In this document: positions 41,846 through 52,166 of the stretch, one piece after another
Numbering within the stretch: position 1 is the stretch's first letter
How the letters are laid out: each line of letters starts with the position of its first letter
Source of the DNA: Nitrospira sp.
GTDB lineage: Bacteria; Nitrospirota; Nitrospiria; Nitrospirales; Nitrospiraceae
Length of the DNA: 62,688 nt
Direction of reading: 5' to 3'
NCBI GenBank assembly: GCA_031405355.1
Contig: JANNIV010000266.1
Location: forward strand, 1 to 62,688
The notes under the pieces: generated by a model
What the model was told of the DNA's origin: nothing
The model's input: only the letters and a program-made list of their open reading frames with translations
Database searches by the model: none
Program-made: the position numbers and the translations under genes

Positions 41846-43210
41846 ATGGAGCTGGGATTTGAATCAATTGGAAATGCAACTATCGTTTGCTACGACAAAG
41901 TTCCTGTCCTGGCTACGGACCCATGGTTGTCAAACACCGCGTACTTTGGAAGTTGGACGATGTCCCATGAAATACCGGAGGAGCAGCGGCAGGCCATTCG
42001 TCGCTGCAAATATGCATGGGTCTCCCATGGACATCCGGATCATCTCTGCGTGGAGTCGCTTAAGCAGCTGGGGGCAGAGTGTATCTTGTTACCGGACCAT
42101 CAAGGGGGGCGCATTCAACAGGATCTCGAAACGCTGGGGCTTAAGGTACGAATCTTGGAAAGCCGAGTTTGGCATCAGATGTCAGACAGGATTCGAGTGA
42201 TGTCGATTGCGGACTACAATCAAGATGCAGTGTTGCTGATAGACGTCGGAGGCCGGCTTATCATGAACTTTAATGATGCCGGAGACCGAGGGTGGGGGGC
42301 ATTTGTGAGGGCGATCGCACGCACGTACCCCGTGAAGTTTCTTCTCAAGCTTGGCGGTTTTGGCGATGCGGATATGATTAACCTATTCGAGGAGAGCGGG
42401 GCGCGTATTGTTCCTCGTTCCAAAGAGCGCGAGCATCTAGGGGAAGCGATGGCCATCGAGGCAGCGTTGTGGGGGGCGAAGTTTGTGGTGCCATTCAGTT
42501 CCATGCATAAGTTCCAGCGGTCGGACAGCATATGGGCCAATCCCTATACGGCCGATGTGGAGGATTATCGAACAGGATTCCAATCGGAGACAAGTGAATT
42601 GCTGCCGGCGTTTATCCGATACGACTGTCTTAAGGATTCGGTCGAGGCCATTAATCCTCCTGAAAAAAGCGTACAGATGCATGAGCCTGAGGAGTTTGGG
42701 GACAATTGGAACGAGCTACTCAATGCCGAAGACGTCAAGATGTTGCAGCAGTACTTCTGCTCTGTTGCGCACCTTCGCGAACACTTTGATTTTATAAATC
42801 TCCGTGTGGGTGGAAAAGACAGTGTTATTGAGCTTTCCACCAGAAAGTTCCATCGGGGCATTACGTTCGAAGTGCCGAGAACCTCGCTAATGACGGCTGT
42901 GCAATATGAAGTGTTCGATGATTTGCTGATCGGTAACTTTATGAAAACGACTTTGCATGGTCAGTTTGGTGAGGAGAGGCTGTATCCTCATTTCAGTCCC
43001 TACGTCGCCAAATACAGCGACAATGGGAAGGCGAGAACCCACGAGGAGCTTGAGGCGTACTTTAAGGCGTATAGAAGACGAGCGCCTCTGGACTATTTCC
43101 GTCATGTTCTTGAGTCGGGAAGCCGGCATGCGGTGATGGCTATATTACGCACCGATTCATCGGCCTATCGGACAATCTCTCGGTTGTATCATTTCATTAA
43201 AGCAGCATGA
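41846..43210 (+). CDS. Metallo-beta-lactamase-fold protein with uncharacterised C-terminal extension
   Basis: WVSHGHPDHL is an HxHxDH-type metal motif. 454 aa, roughly twice the minimal MBL domain. Confidence 0.6.
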   Translation: MELGFESIGNATIVCYDKVPVLATDPWLSNTAYFGSWTMSHEIPEEQRQAIRRCKYAWVSHGHPDHLCVESLKQLGAECILLPDHQGGRIQQDLETLGLKVRILESRVWHQMSDRIRVMSIADYNQDAVLLIDVGGRLIMNFNDAGDRGWGAFVRAIARTYPVKFLLKLGGFGDADMINLFEESGARIVPRSKEREHLGEAMAIEAALWGAKFVVPFSSMHKFQRSDSIWANPYTADVEDYRTGFQSETSELLPAFIRYDCLKDSVEAINPPEKSVQMHEPEEFGDNWNELLNAEDVKMLQQYFCSVAHLREHFDFINLRVGGKDSVIELSTRKFHRGITFEVPRTSLMTAVQYEVFDDLLIGNFMKTTLHGQFGEERLYPHFSPYVAKYSDNGKARTHEELEAYFKAYRRRAPLDYFRHVLESGSRHAVMAILRTDSSAYRTISRLYHFIKAA

Positions 43211-43298
43211 TGAAGCGTGAGCAGCGGGAAGAATCGGAGAAGGCGTCAATCATGCTGCCGGTAAGGTTGTTCTGTCGTTCTTTAGTGAAAGGGAATAG

Positions 43299-44417
43299 GT
43301 GGTGAAGCCATACACCATTCTACATGCCATCGATAGTGAAGGACCTGGGGGGGCTGAAACCGTCGTTCATAACCTTGCCACCCATCTCAATAAAAATGTT
43401 TTTAGGTCTATTGTCTTGGTTCCTCCCAGGTCTTGGTTGAGCGCGCGACTCAAGGAGCAGGGGGTGCATGTCGTTGAAGTGTCTTGGAAGGTATGGTGGG
43501 ATGTGCGGGGACCCTGGAAGATGATCGATGTTGTGAGGAAGTTCGAAGTCGATCTTATCCATTCCCATCTGCCCGCTCAAAATTTCTATAGTTGTATCGT
43601 GGGCGCTGTTACGCAGACGAAGACACTGGCTACATATCATGGCCCTGTCGAGCTTGAATGGTCACAGAGTCTCAAGGGTCGGCTTAGACTCTGGTTCGTC
43701 AAAGTATCCGCAGACGGTGTGATCGTGGTTTGCGATCTCGTGAAGCAGCTACTCGCGCAGCTCGGATTTTCTCAGGATCGCATCGCGATGATTCGAAATG
43801 GGATCGATCCAACGCCGTATACCTCACCGGGAACGCGACAGTTGCGTCGAGAGCTGGGGTTGCCAGTTGAACAAAAACTGGTTGGAATGATCGCAAATGT
43901 CAGGCCATCCAAGGGGTACGACGTCTTTGTTAAAGCATGCGCTGAGGTATGCAAGCGGCACTCAGGCGTTACGTTTCTCGCCATTGGCGACGTGAATGAG
44001 CAAGTAGCCGCTCCTATAAAGCTTCTTCATAGTCAGCTGTCATTAGGCAATCGCTTTCAGTTCTTAGGGTTTCGCTCCGATGTCAGCGATATTTTGAAAA
44101 ATCTGGATGTATTTGTGCTTGCCTCGACAAGCGAAGGGATGCCCCTCGCAATCCTTGAGGCCATGGCTGCGGGTAAGCCTGTCGTATCGACGAATTGTGG
44201 CGGGATTCCTGAAGTGGTCGACCACGAGGCTACAGGATTGTTAGTGCCTCCATCCGATCACGAAGCCCTTAGTGCAGCAATTTCTAGATTGCTTGCCGAT
44301 TCAGATTTTTCAGGCAAAATTGGATGTCATGCCAAAGACAAGTTCTACAAGGAGTTTACGTTGGATGGCATGATCGAGCGATATGAACACTTGTATCTCT
44401 CTCATTTGGCAAAATGA
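43299..44417 (+). CDS. Family-4 glycosyltransferase
   Basis: SEGMPLAILEAMAAGKPVVSTNCGGIPEVV is the E-x7-E GT4 signature. Confidence 0.85.
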   Translation: MVKPYTILHAIDSEGPGGAETVVHNLATHLNKNVFRSIVLVPPRSWLSARLKEQGVHVVEVSWKVWWDVRGPWKMIDVVRKFEVDLIHSHLPAQNFYSCIVGAVTQTKTLATYHGPVELEWSQSLKGRLRLWFVKVSADGVIVVCDLVKQLLAQLGFSQDRIAMIRNGIDPTPYTSPGTRQLRRELGLPVEQKLVGMIANVRPSKGYDVFVKACAEVCKRHSGVTFLAIGDVNEQVAAPIKLLHSQLSLGNRFQFLGFRSDVSDILKNLDVFVLASTSEGMPLAILEAMAAGKPVVSTNCGGIPEVVDHEATGLLVPPSDHEALSAAISRLLADSDFSGKIGCHAKDKFYKEFTLDGMIERYEHLYLSHLAK

Positions 44418-44492
44418 TCGGGCCACGTTTGAAAAAGATCGAACAATGTCTGAGAACCAACTGGAGAAAGACTTGATTAATCGCGAATTTCT

Positions 44493-44795
44493 AGCAGGAT
44501 GCTGAAAAATCCCGCCAGCAGGGGAGGGATGGCCCGGTGAGTCCCCTATGCTCGCGCAACGCGCGGTCTAAGAAGACCCTCGTTGGACGCGCGCAGTGAG
44601 GGACTCATCCGGGCCATCCTGGGCAACGTACACAAGCAAGCTTGGAAGGATCATCCTTGTTCGCTCGCTGCGGCCTTGCTTGGGACAAGGCGCGTCCCTG
44701 GGCGGAGAGGCTGTCTTGGTAGACTCAGGGCGGGAGGGTGAAATAGTCGCCAGGGTTGGACGGGTGAGAAGTCTGGCCATTTTGAGCATCCTGCG
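44493..44795. mobile_element. MITE-like element, family 2, copy 2 (expanded, about 300 bp)
   Basis: Terminal inverted repeats GCAGGATGCTGAAAA / TTTTGAGCATCCTGC match at 14/15. The internal TTCGCTCGCTGCGGCCTTGCTTGG is homologous to the other copies. Both short track ORFs (44568..44789, 44596..44805) lie inside it. Confidence 0.75.
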
Positions 44796-44982
44796 ATTAT
44801 GTTGATCTCGGCGTCATCGGTAAGATGCCATTGGCGGGTTATGTTTAAATCGAGTTTTTCCGCAGCCCGCTAGGTCGCTAAGAAGCAGTAGATGAGGTTC
44901 CGTTAGCATATACGTCCTTCTTGTAGTTGGGATTGTTTCAGAGCCCAAGAGTTGAACCCATAGACATACAGAGGAGAGGATC

Positions 44983-45780
44983 ATGAGTCAATTTGGCAGT
45001 GCCCGCCTCTATCGAAGCGATGTCGGTCTGCTTGAGAGGACATACTTCAGGCTCTTTGGTCTCGCCGACCCAAGCCACTTTATCAGGAGCCACTGTTTCC
45101 GAAGATTCATCAACGGCCTCAGGCCGAGTAAGATTTTGGATGCAGGTTGTGGAGCGGCGGATTACACGTTTTTCATGGCTGAACAGTGGCCACAAGCTCA
45201 CGTGCATGCGGTGGATGTGGATAACGCTCAGATTTCAAAGAACCAAGACACGCTCAGGCGCATGAAGGCGAAGAATGTCGATTTTGGATGTCAGGACATC
45301 ACCTCATTAGCCGACAGCGGGACATATGACCTTATCGCCTGCATCGATGCGTTGGAACACATCGAAGACCAAACAGCCGTGCTGCGCAACTTTCACCGTG
45401 CGCTGAAAACAGAGGGCGTGCTGTATCTGCACATTCCCTTGGTGCGGCCTCGACCGGTGCCATTTAGCAAGCATCTCCACAGCATGCATGAGTGGAGTGA
45501 GCACGAGCACATCGCGCCTATGCGGACTAAAGACGATATTCTCAAGATGGTCGAAGAAGCCGGGCTCCGAGTGAATCAGTGGCAATATACCTTTGCCTAT
45601 CATGCGGGAGAGTTGGCGTGCAGCTCCTTTGCCTTGTTTCACGATGACACGACCATCAATCGAATTGCTCAATTGTTCCTATCTCCAATCACGAGAATGT
45701 TGGCCTATCTCGAGCTAGCCACAATTAGATCCGATAGAACCGAAGGATTTGCTCTCGCCCTGCTGGCTCAGAAAGTATGA
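44983..45780 (+). CDS. Class I SAM-dependent methyltransferase
   Basis: ILDAGCGAADYT is motif I. Also DLIACIDALEHI. Confidence 0.85.
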   Translation: MSQFGSARLYRSDVGLLERTYFRLFGLADPSHFIRSHCFRRFINGLRPSKILDAGCGAADYTFFMAEQWPQAHVHAVDVDNAQISKNQDTLRRMKAKNVDFGCQDITSLADSGTYDLIACIDALEHIEDQTAVLRNFHRALKTEGVLYLHIPLVRPRPVPFSKHLHSMHEWSEHEHIAPMRTKDDILKMVEEAGLRVNQWQYTFAYHAGELACSSFALFHDDTTINRIAQLFLSPITRMLAYLELATIRSDRTEGFALALLAQKV

Positions 45781-45892
45781 GAGATGCCTTGGCCGCGCTA
45801 GCCGGCCACTGTTGGGCCTTGCCTGGCTCGATTCCGCGCTCGCGGCGTAGCGACTGTTCGAATAGTACTAATCGGCGGCAAACGGTCACACC

Positions 45893-46981
45893 ATGAATAT
45901 TGAATCGATGAGCTGTTCCCCTTCGTCCTTAGGAAAACTTTCTGCCGGGCGAGGGAAGATCATCGCCTCCACTGCCCTGCTCGTAGTGGGAAGTCTCGTC
46001 ACGGTCTGTTTGCTCGCGGAGGGGGTGCTTGCCGTATTTCTTCCGCCCCCAATCGCTTGGATGGACCCACAGGAATCTTACAATTTCGACCCGCTTCTAG
46101 GGCATAGGCTTGTGCCCAATCAGACCTCTTTTACGCATTCATTCGCGGTGTCGACGAATTCCCATGGGTTTAGAGATCGGGAAGTGTCTTTGCTGCCGAG
46201 TCCTGGCATCAAGAGGGTTTTGTGTATCGGTGACTCATTGACGTTCGGAGACGGTGTAGCTGCCGGAGATACGTATCCCAAGCAGCTCGAAGTCCTATTG
46301 AACTCAGTCGGAGACCAACGATACGAAGTCATAAACGCGGGGGTGCCCTCGTACGATACGTGGCAGGAGGTGACTTTTTTTAAGACAAAAGGAGTCGAAT
46401 TTAAGCCCGATATCGTGGTGCTTGGATTTTATTCCAACGATGTTGTTCCACGGCCCCCTGCAGTCCGGGCACTGCTTACCGGAGGAGGAACCCTGAGGCG
46501 GCAAGGATTTGGCGGTTTCGTTCCCGATGGCGTGGTTCACCTCCTGAAAAGCAGTCGCCTCGTGCTGTTCTTGAAAGACCGCCTTGGCAAGCTAGTAAAC
46601 GCGTTATATCCATCGTCAGAATTTCTCCATCAGCAGTCGTTATTGGAGGGAATCCCGAACGACTTTGTGGAACAAGGATGGGAAGAGGTTGAGGCTTCTC
46701 TCAGGGAGATGGCAGAGTTGCAGAAGACTCACCAGTTCAGGTTTCTCATCGTGATGTTTCCCATGGCGGAACAACTAATGCGTGAGTATCCGAACGCGCA
46801 ATATCAGGTGCGGCTCAAGTCGATTGCTGAAAAGTACCACATCCCCATGACCGATTTGCAACCGAGTTTTAGTCGAGAGTTTAGGGGATTCGAGTCGTTG
46901 TTTATCGAATGGGATGGGCATCCAAACCCCAAAACCCATCGCTTGGCTGCAGAGGAAATTGCGCGAGTCTTGGGCGGATGA
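45893..46981 (+). CDS. SGNH/GDSL hydrolase-family protein, N-terminally membrane-anchored (paralog 1)
   Basis: VLCIGDSLTFGDG is block I. GFYSNDV is block III. WDGHPNP is block V (DxxH). Confidence 0.8.
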   Translation: MNIESMSCSPSSLGKLSAGRGKIIASTALLVVGSLVTVCLLAEGVLAVFLPPPIAWMDPQESYNFDPLLGHRLVPNQTSFTHSFAVSTNSHGFRDREVSLLPSPGIKRVLCIGDSLTFGDGVAAGDTYPKQLEVLLNSVGDQRYEVINAGVPSYDTWQEVTFFKTKGVEFKPDIVVLGFYSNDVVPRPPAVRALLTGGGTLRRQGFGGFVPDGVVHLLKSSRLVLFLKDRLGKLVNALYPSSEFLHQQSLLEGIPNDFVEQGWEEVEASLREMAELQKTHQFRFLIVMFPMAEQLMREYPNAQYQVRLKSIAEKYHIPMTDLQPSFSREFRGFESLFIEWDGHPNPKTHRLAAEEIARVLGG

Positions 46982-47004
46982 TTCAGAGTAACTAAGGGGG
47001 GAAC

Positions 47005-48255
47005 GTGCAAAGAGAAGGGTCGGCTGCGATTGAAATCAATCCGGTAGGGCTACAGGGCAGAGAAGGGCATCCGAAGCAGAGGGCGCGAGGCTTAACCAAG
47101 CTTGTGGCCTATAGCTTGATGCTTCTACTCGGAGCATCCGTGCTTGAGGTCGCCTCCTGCTCATATCTTCAGGTGTTTGAAGGTTATGATGGCGCGCATC
47201 TGATTACCTATGACTTTGACGAGTATAAGAACATTACTCCCGCGCCCAATTACCATAATACAAAGGGCATTCACCATAATGCGCAGGGGTTTCGGGAAGA
47301 TGTGGATACGCCGCGAGAGAAGGGCGCAAACACCTATCGCATCTTTATCATGGGAGGGTCCACGGCCTATGGCCTCCAATCGATGTCCCGATATGGGCAA
47401 GAGAAGTACTCAGTCCTTCGGAACAGCGAGACCATCGATACGTATTTGGAGGAGTACCTGCGTGGCAAAGTGGGTGATAGGAAAGTCGAAGTGATCAATG
47501 CTGCTATTACCAGCCAGTACAGCCATCATCATTTGATCTACATAAACCAGACCGTTCTGAAATACGACCCTGACATGGTTGTGTTCATCGATGGCTTCAA
47601 TGACTATTTTCAGTATGGGAAGGGATTTGATCAATTTCGTGACTACGGGTATCAGGAGCGGGCGCATCTCTACATGGGACCCCCGACAATCGAAGCTTGG
47701 ATGGGGTATAGCGGCTGGTGGCTGTTCAGAAAGAGTCACTTCGTCCATTTGGCGAGTAAGACGCTGCGCCCTATCTGGATCGCTATAAAGTCGGCAGGCC
47801 AGGATCGGGTGCATATCGATGTGGATAGCGCATTGCATAATCTGGAGATCAATGCCAAGGCCAATTTCATGAAAATGGTCGAGCGGAACTCGCTCATTCT
47901 ACGACATGAAGGGGTGGCCCCGGTGTTCGTCTTGCAGCCGGAGATTGTCTTTACGCAGAGCAAGGTCCTTTCACCATTGGAACGACAGATATACGAAGAG
48001 TTGGATCAGCAGTGGCAGGAGAACTTTGTGGAGTTCAAGAATAAAGCGCGGCCGCGAGTCGTTGAATATTTACAGCAGAGTACGACGCGCACCGGCTCGG
48101 TATTCCTCGATACGACGGATATATTCGGCGGCCTCGAGGAGGACGCCTACACAGACTATTGCCACCTCACGCCGAGGGGGAACAAGCGGCTGGCTGAGAG
48201 AATCGGTGAACGTATTCTTCCTCTTCTACATGCCAAGCCAGGTTCCCACGCCTGA
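47005..48255 (+). CDS. SGNH-like hydrolase-family protein, membrane-anchored (paralog 2)
   Basis: RIFIMGGSTAYG, VVFIDGFNDY, DYCHLTPRGNKRLAE. Confidence 0.6.
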   Translation: MQREGSAAIEINPVGLQGREGHPKQRARGLTKLVAYSLMLLLGASVLEVASCSYLQVFEGYDGAHLITYDFDEYKNITPAPNYHNTKGIHHNAQGFREDVDTPREKGANTYRIFIMGGSTAYGLQSMSRYGQEKYSVLRNSETIDTYLEEYLRGKVGDRKVEVINAAITSQYSHHHLIYINQTVLKYDPDMVVFIDGFNDYFQYGKGFDQFRDYGYQERAHLYMGPPTIEAWMGYSGWWLFRKSHFVHLASKTLRPIWIAIKSAGQDRVHIDVDSALHNLEINAKANFMKMVERNSLILRHEGVAPVFVLQPEIVFTQSKVLSPLERQIYEELDQQWQENFVEFKNKARPRVVEYLQQSTTRTGSVFLDTTDIFGGLEEDAYTDYCHLTPRGNKRLAERIGERILPLLHAKPGSHA

Positions 48256-48450
48256 GTGAAAGCCTGGCGACTTCTTATTCCGTTCTAAAGCAGTGGAGGT
48301 CATTCGAAGAGTCTCCGGTATAGCCGGGTCTTGCGTCCATCTTCTATGAGACTGACATTGACAAAACGACAAGTCGGGCAGCCTGCTGATGTGGGGAGGC
48401 ACACCTCTGACGCTCAAGCGTCAATACTCGAGCAGACGCCGGGCCGAGTG

Positions 48451-49737
48451 ATGTTTGTTTATGTCATGTGGTTCTTCGTGTGGTACGACCCCGACTGGAT
48501 GGTGGAAGCGCTTGGAGCGGGGACCATCCTGGTGAAGTTGTACGCCCTCATGTTTCTTCCTGTGTGTATCTTGCTGATAACCCATTTCCGGAGAGTGGCG
48601 TTGTTCTGGCCCTTTCTGGTGATAATTGGAGTATTTACGGTCTGGGTGCCGTTTGCATTGAATCGAGGTTATCTTCTCAATGGATTCGGCAAGTTTCTGG
48701 AGTATTCGCTGCTTACCGCACTGACCGTGTCTGTTCTCGAAACGCCGAAGCAGGTGGTTCTATTATTGAAACTATTTCTGTTTCATTTCATCTGGTTTGG
48801 CGTTCAGGGGCTGCCTACTGCAGGGGTGCCATGGCACCAAAATCTTTCCAATGACGATTCGTACGGTCCCTTCATGACGATCGGACTAGGGTTTTCATAT
48901 TACGTGGCGATGGGGACAACGGCGAAGAAGTACCGCTATTTGGCATTCCTGTTATGTTTTTTGGGCGTGGTTGGGACAATCATGTCTTTCGCTCGTGGCG
49001 CATTTATCGCACTCTGTGTGCTATTTGCGATGCTGGCAGTCCGCACACCGAGAAAACAGGCCTTTCTCGCGTATGGCACGGTGCTGGTCGTGGCCGGTCT
49101 GATTGTGATCATGGTCATGTTCCCGAACGGAGAGTTCTGGAATGAAATGGCGACGATTACGGAGGAAGGAGCCTCGGCAGGAACCGGGGAGCAGCGATGG
49201 GTAATGTGGCAAGCCGCATGGCAGTTGTTCTTGGCGCATCCAATTTTGGGGGTGGGGCCTGGAAACTTTGGTCCCAACGCCGTTGAGTATTTCACGGAGC
49301 GAGGTGTGACCGATATGGGTAATACCTTTACGAGTCCTGAAAAAATGTACAGTATGGCGTTGCACAACGACTATATGCAGGTATTGGTTGAGCAAGGCCT
49401 TGTGGGACTATTCGCATACGCTGCCGTGTTCATCAATTTTTTTGTATGCCTGAGATTTCTCCGTACAGAGGCTGTCCAAAAGGCGTGGGCAAGCAGTGCA
49501 GGAGGATTTATCGATTCCAGCAACCTGGCTCTTGGCCTGGAAGCAGCCATGATTGCCTGTATGGCCAATTCGGTCTTTTACAATCAGTATTATGTGCCCT
49601 GGCTCTGGTCTCTTGTGATGCTGGCTTATGTTTCAGCTGCTGTGTCGAAAAAGATGCTGGCGGGAGAGGCGTTTGGTGAGAGCCGTCGCTTCTGGAGGAA
49701 TGCGGCGAGTCGAATCAAGTTAGCGAGGCGAGGATGA
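48451..49737 (+). CDS. O-antigen ligase/polymerase-like membrane protein (Wzy_C domain)
   Basis: Multi-TM. SFARGAFIAL is followed by a large loop and WQLFLAHPILGVGPGNF. The start is uncertain (48331/48346/48451). Confidence 0.75.
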   Translation: MFVYVMWFFVWYDPDWMVEALGAGTILVKLYALMFLPVCILLITHFRRVALFWPFLVIIGVFTVWVPFALNRGYLLNGFGKFLEYSLLTALTVSVLETPKQVVLLLKLFLFHFIWFGVQGLPTAGVPWHQNLSNDDSYGPFMTIGLGFSYYVAMGTTAKKYRYLAFLLCFLGVVGTIMSFARGAFIALCVLFAMLAVRTPRKQAFLAYGTVLVVAGLIVIMVMFPNGEFWNEMATITEEGASAGTGEQRWVMWQAAWQLFLAHPILGVGPGNFGPNAVEYFTERGVTDMGNTFTSPEKMYSMALHNDYMQVLVEQGLVGLFAYAAVFINFFVCLRFLRTEAVQKAWASSAGGFIDSSNLALGLEAAMIACMANSVFYNQYYVPWLWSLVMLAYVSAAVSKKMLAGEAFGESRRFWRNAASRIKLARRG

Positions 49738-50939
49738 TCGCAAGATTCTCCAGGCCCATTACCGCTTCCAAGATCGGCCTAAGGCAGGAGGGGGTCGTAG
49801 AAGATTCTCGACCGCGAAAGTCTTCTGTCTACATGCTCCTCTTGTTGCTGATCACCGTGATTGCGACAGAAGGATCTGTAAGGCTATTTGCCTACTTTGG
49901 TGGCGAGCTGGGGACTCGTCTCGCTAGGTACGATATCAGTTCCGAAACAATGCCTATTGAGCTGCATTCGGAGCTGGGATTCCGCCAAAAGCCTAACAGA
50001 ATGTTCCACTACCCGAACGGGACGACCGCACATAGTAACGTAAAAGGTTATCGGGGGCCTCTGGTCAACGACGTGAAGTTGCCAGGGACGTACCGCATCG
50101 TTCTTCTTGGAGGATCAACGACACATGGATACGGTGTCAATGATGGCGAGACCATAGACGCGCATCTTCGAACGCTCTTGTCTGATCGATATCCAGGCAT
50201 TCGATTTGAGGTCATAAACCTAGCCTACGACGGTTATGACGCCTATCAGTTATATTTGCGAATGCAGAGTGACGGAGTTCGATGGAACCCCGATTTAGTC
50301 ATCGTTAATTCTGGGATCAACGATATCCGTAACGCCCATATTTCCGATCTTCGATATCCCGACCCTCGAACTAACCGATGGCTTGAAGTGCTCCGATCGC
50401 TTAACGAGGAGGAGAAGAGGGGAGAGAGTTTATATAAGGTATTGAAAAGGCATTCGTACTTCGTCAGGCTTCCGGCTTTTTTTCTCCTACTCATCGAAGA
50501 GCGAGGGGCAGTAAAAGACCAGCGCGCACTTACAACACCTAACCCCCAAGCCATAGAGCACTTTGATGCGAGCATTCGGGATATTGCCCGTATTGCAGCC
50601 GAGATTCATGTGCCTCTCATCCTGTCTACGCCAGCCTCAGCACTGGAGGTTTTGCACAAGCCGACCGATACCTCAACGCTTTCCTATTGGGTCGTGAATG
50701 CGGAGACGACACAGCAGTATCGTAACGCTCTCGCTGGGCGGCTGGTGAAGATCGTTGAAGAGCTCAAGGATCATGGGCTTCCAGCGGCCTATGTGGCACA
50801 CAAACTGCCTCCCGGAATGTTTCTCGATGATTGTCACCTCACAAGCGAGGGCAATCTTGCAGAAGCGACTAATCTTGCTCAGGCAGCTGCTCCATACATT
50901 GAGTCCGTGTTTCACGGGAAGAACTTGAGCGAACTCTGA
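49734..50939 (+). CDS. SGNH-like hydrolase-family protein, membrane-anchored (paralog 3)
   Basis: ATGA overlap. RIVLLGGSTTHGYG, VIVNSGINDI, DDCHLTSEGN. Confidence 0.6.
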   Translation: MIARFSRPITASKIGLRQEGVVEDSRPRKSSVYMLLLLLITVIATEGSVRLFAYFGGELGTRLARYDISSETMPIELHSELGFRQKPNRMFHYPNGTTAHSNVKGYRGPLVNDVKLPGTYRIVLLGGSTTHGYGVNDGETIDAHLRTLLSDRYPGIRFEVINLAYDGYDAYQLYLRMQSDGVRWNPDLVIVNSGINDIRNAHISDLRYPDPRTNRWLEVLRSLNEEEKRGESLYKVLKRHSYFVRLPAFFLLLIEERGAVKDQRALTTPNPQAIEHFDASIRDIARIAAEIHVPLILSTPASALEVLHKPTDTSTLSYWVVNAETTQQYRNALAGRLVKIVEELKDHGLPAAYVAHKLPPGMFLDDCHLTSEGNLAEATNLAQAAAPYIESVFHGKNLSEL

Positions 50940-51226
50940 GGAGTTCGCCACAATTAATGTTTAGGACGGCACCTTGTCGGAAGTACGCAAATGTGCGGCC
51001 TGGGCTTCGATTCATGCCCTGCGTCAAAAGTATAGGGGCCAGCTTGTCCAGAGACGCGGGACAAGGTGTGCTGTTACATCCCGGCGTAGATCAAGGATCA
51101 ACGCGCCCTGCCAAGATGACGCGGGATATGAGTCGTCCGACCCTGTCCTTCTCGCTCGGGCTTCGTCTGTTTTCCGATTGCTGCGCCATACTTTGGGCAT
51201 AACTCATTCCGGATGACCAAGGAGTA

Positions 51227-52159
51227 ATGGATTGCATGGACTTCCCTAGTGGAAAGCGATTTGCTTTCTCGATCCTTGACGACACAGACGATTCGACCTT
51301 GGCGAACGTCAGGCCGGTCTACGATGCGCTCAGAGAGGCGGGAATGCGGACCACAAAAACCGTGTGGCCTATGAGTTGTCCGGAGGGAAGCCGGCTGTTC
51401 TTTGCAGGCGAGACGCTGGAAAATTTTGCGTACTTGAAGTTCGTACAGGAGCTAGCAGGCGAGGGATTCGAAATCGCTTCTCATGGCGCGACAATGGAGT
51501 CGAGCTTGCGCGAGCGGACGCGCCGGGGACTTGAATTCATCAAGAATGAATTTGGAGCCTATCCGCGTTTGTATTGCAACCATGGATTCAATCGAGAGAA
51601 TCTCTATTGGGGGAGCAAGCGTTTCCAGGGCCCCCTCTTGCGAAAGCTGCTTGCCTGCATCCCCGGTTCCCGTTCTGTCACCTATCACGGCGACGACGAG
51701 AGCTCGCCGTATTTCTGGGGAGATCTGGCCGTCGCGCACATTCAGTACGTTCGCAACTTTACATTTCAGCGGCTGAATATGCTGGAGATGAACCCGGAGA
51801 TGCCCTATCGCTTGCGAGGAACGAAGTACGTCAATTTCTGGTTCTCTACTTCCGATGCGCCCGATGCGAACGCGTTCAATAGCCTTCTCACGCGTGAACG
51901 AATGGATCAACTTGAGCACGACGGTGGTGTCTGTATTATTTCGACTCATTTGGGGAAGGGATTTGCAACAGATGGAAAGCTGAATCAGGAGACGGACAGT
52001 ATTCTGCGGTACTTAGGCCGTAAGTCCGGATGGTTTGTCCCAGTCTCAGAGATTCTCGACCATCTTCGGCGAAAGCAAGGTGGCGGAGAGCTTAGCGGCA
52101 TGGCTCGGCTAAAGCTGGAGTGCCTGTATATCTTGGACAAGCTTCACCTCGCCTCGTGA
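51227..52159 (+). CDS. Hypothetical protein, possibly a deacetylase-like (beta/alpha)-barrel
   Basis: FAFSILDDTDDSTL...GFEIASHG weakly resembles the NodB-type pattern. AAGGAG lies upstream. The assignment is tentative. Confidence 0.4.
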   Translation: MDCMDFPSGKRFAFSILDDTDDSTLANVRPVYDALREAGMRTTKTVWPMSCPEGSRLFFAGETLENFAYLKFVQELAGEGFEIASHGATMESSLRERTRRGLEFIKNEFGAYPRLYCNHGFNRENLYWGSKRFQGPLLRKLLACIPGSRSVTYHGDDESSPYFWGDLAVAHIQYVRNFTFQRLNMLEMNPEMPYRLRGTKYVNFWFSTSDAPDANAFNSLLTRERMDQLEHDGGVCIISTHLGKGFATDGKLNQETDSILRYLGRKSGWFVPVSEILDHLRRKQGGGELSGMARLKLECLYILDKLHLAS

Positions 52160-52166
52160 GAGTGGA

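Noticed and set aside
44568-44805. Two overlapping 69-73-aa ORFs in the 565-bp gap
   Set aside because: Both lie entirely inside the MITE-like element on opposite strands. They have no RBS and an Arg/Ser/Pro-rich composition.
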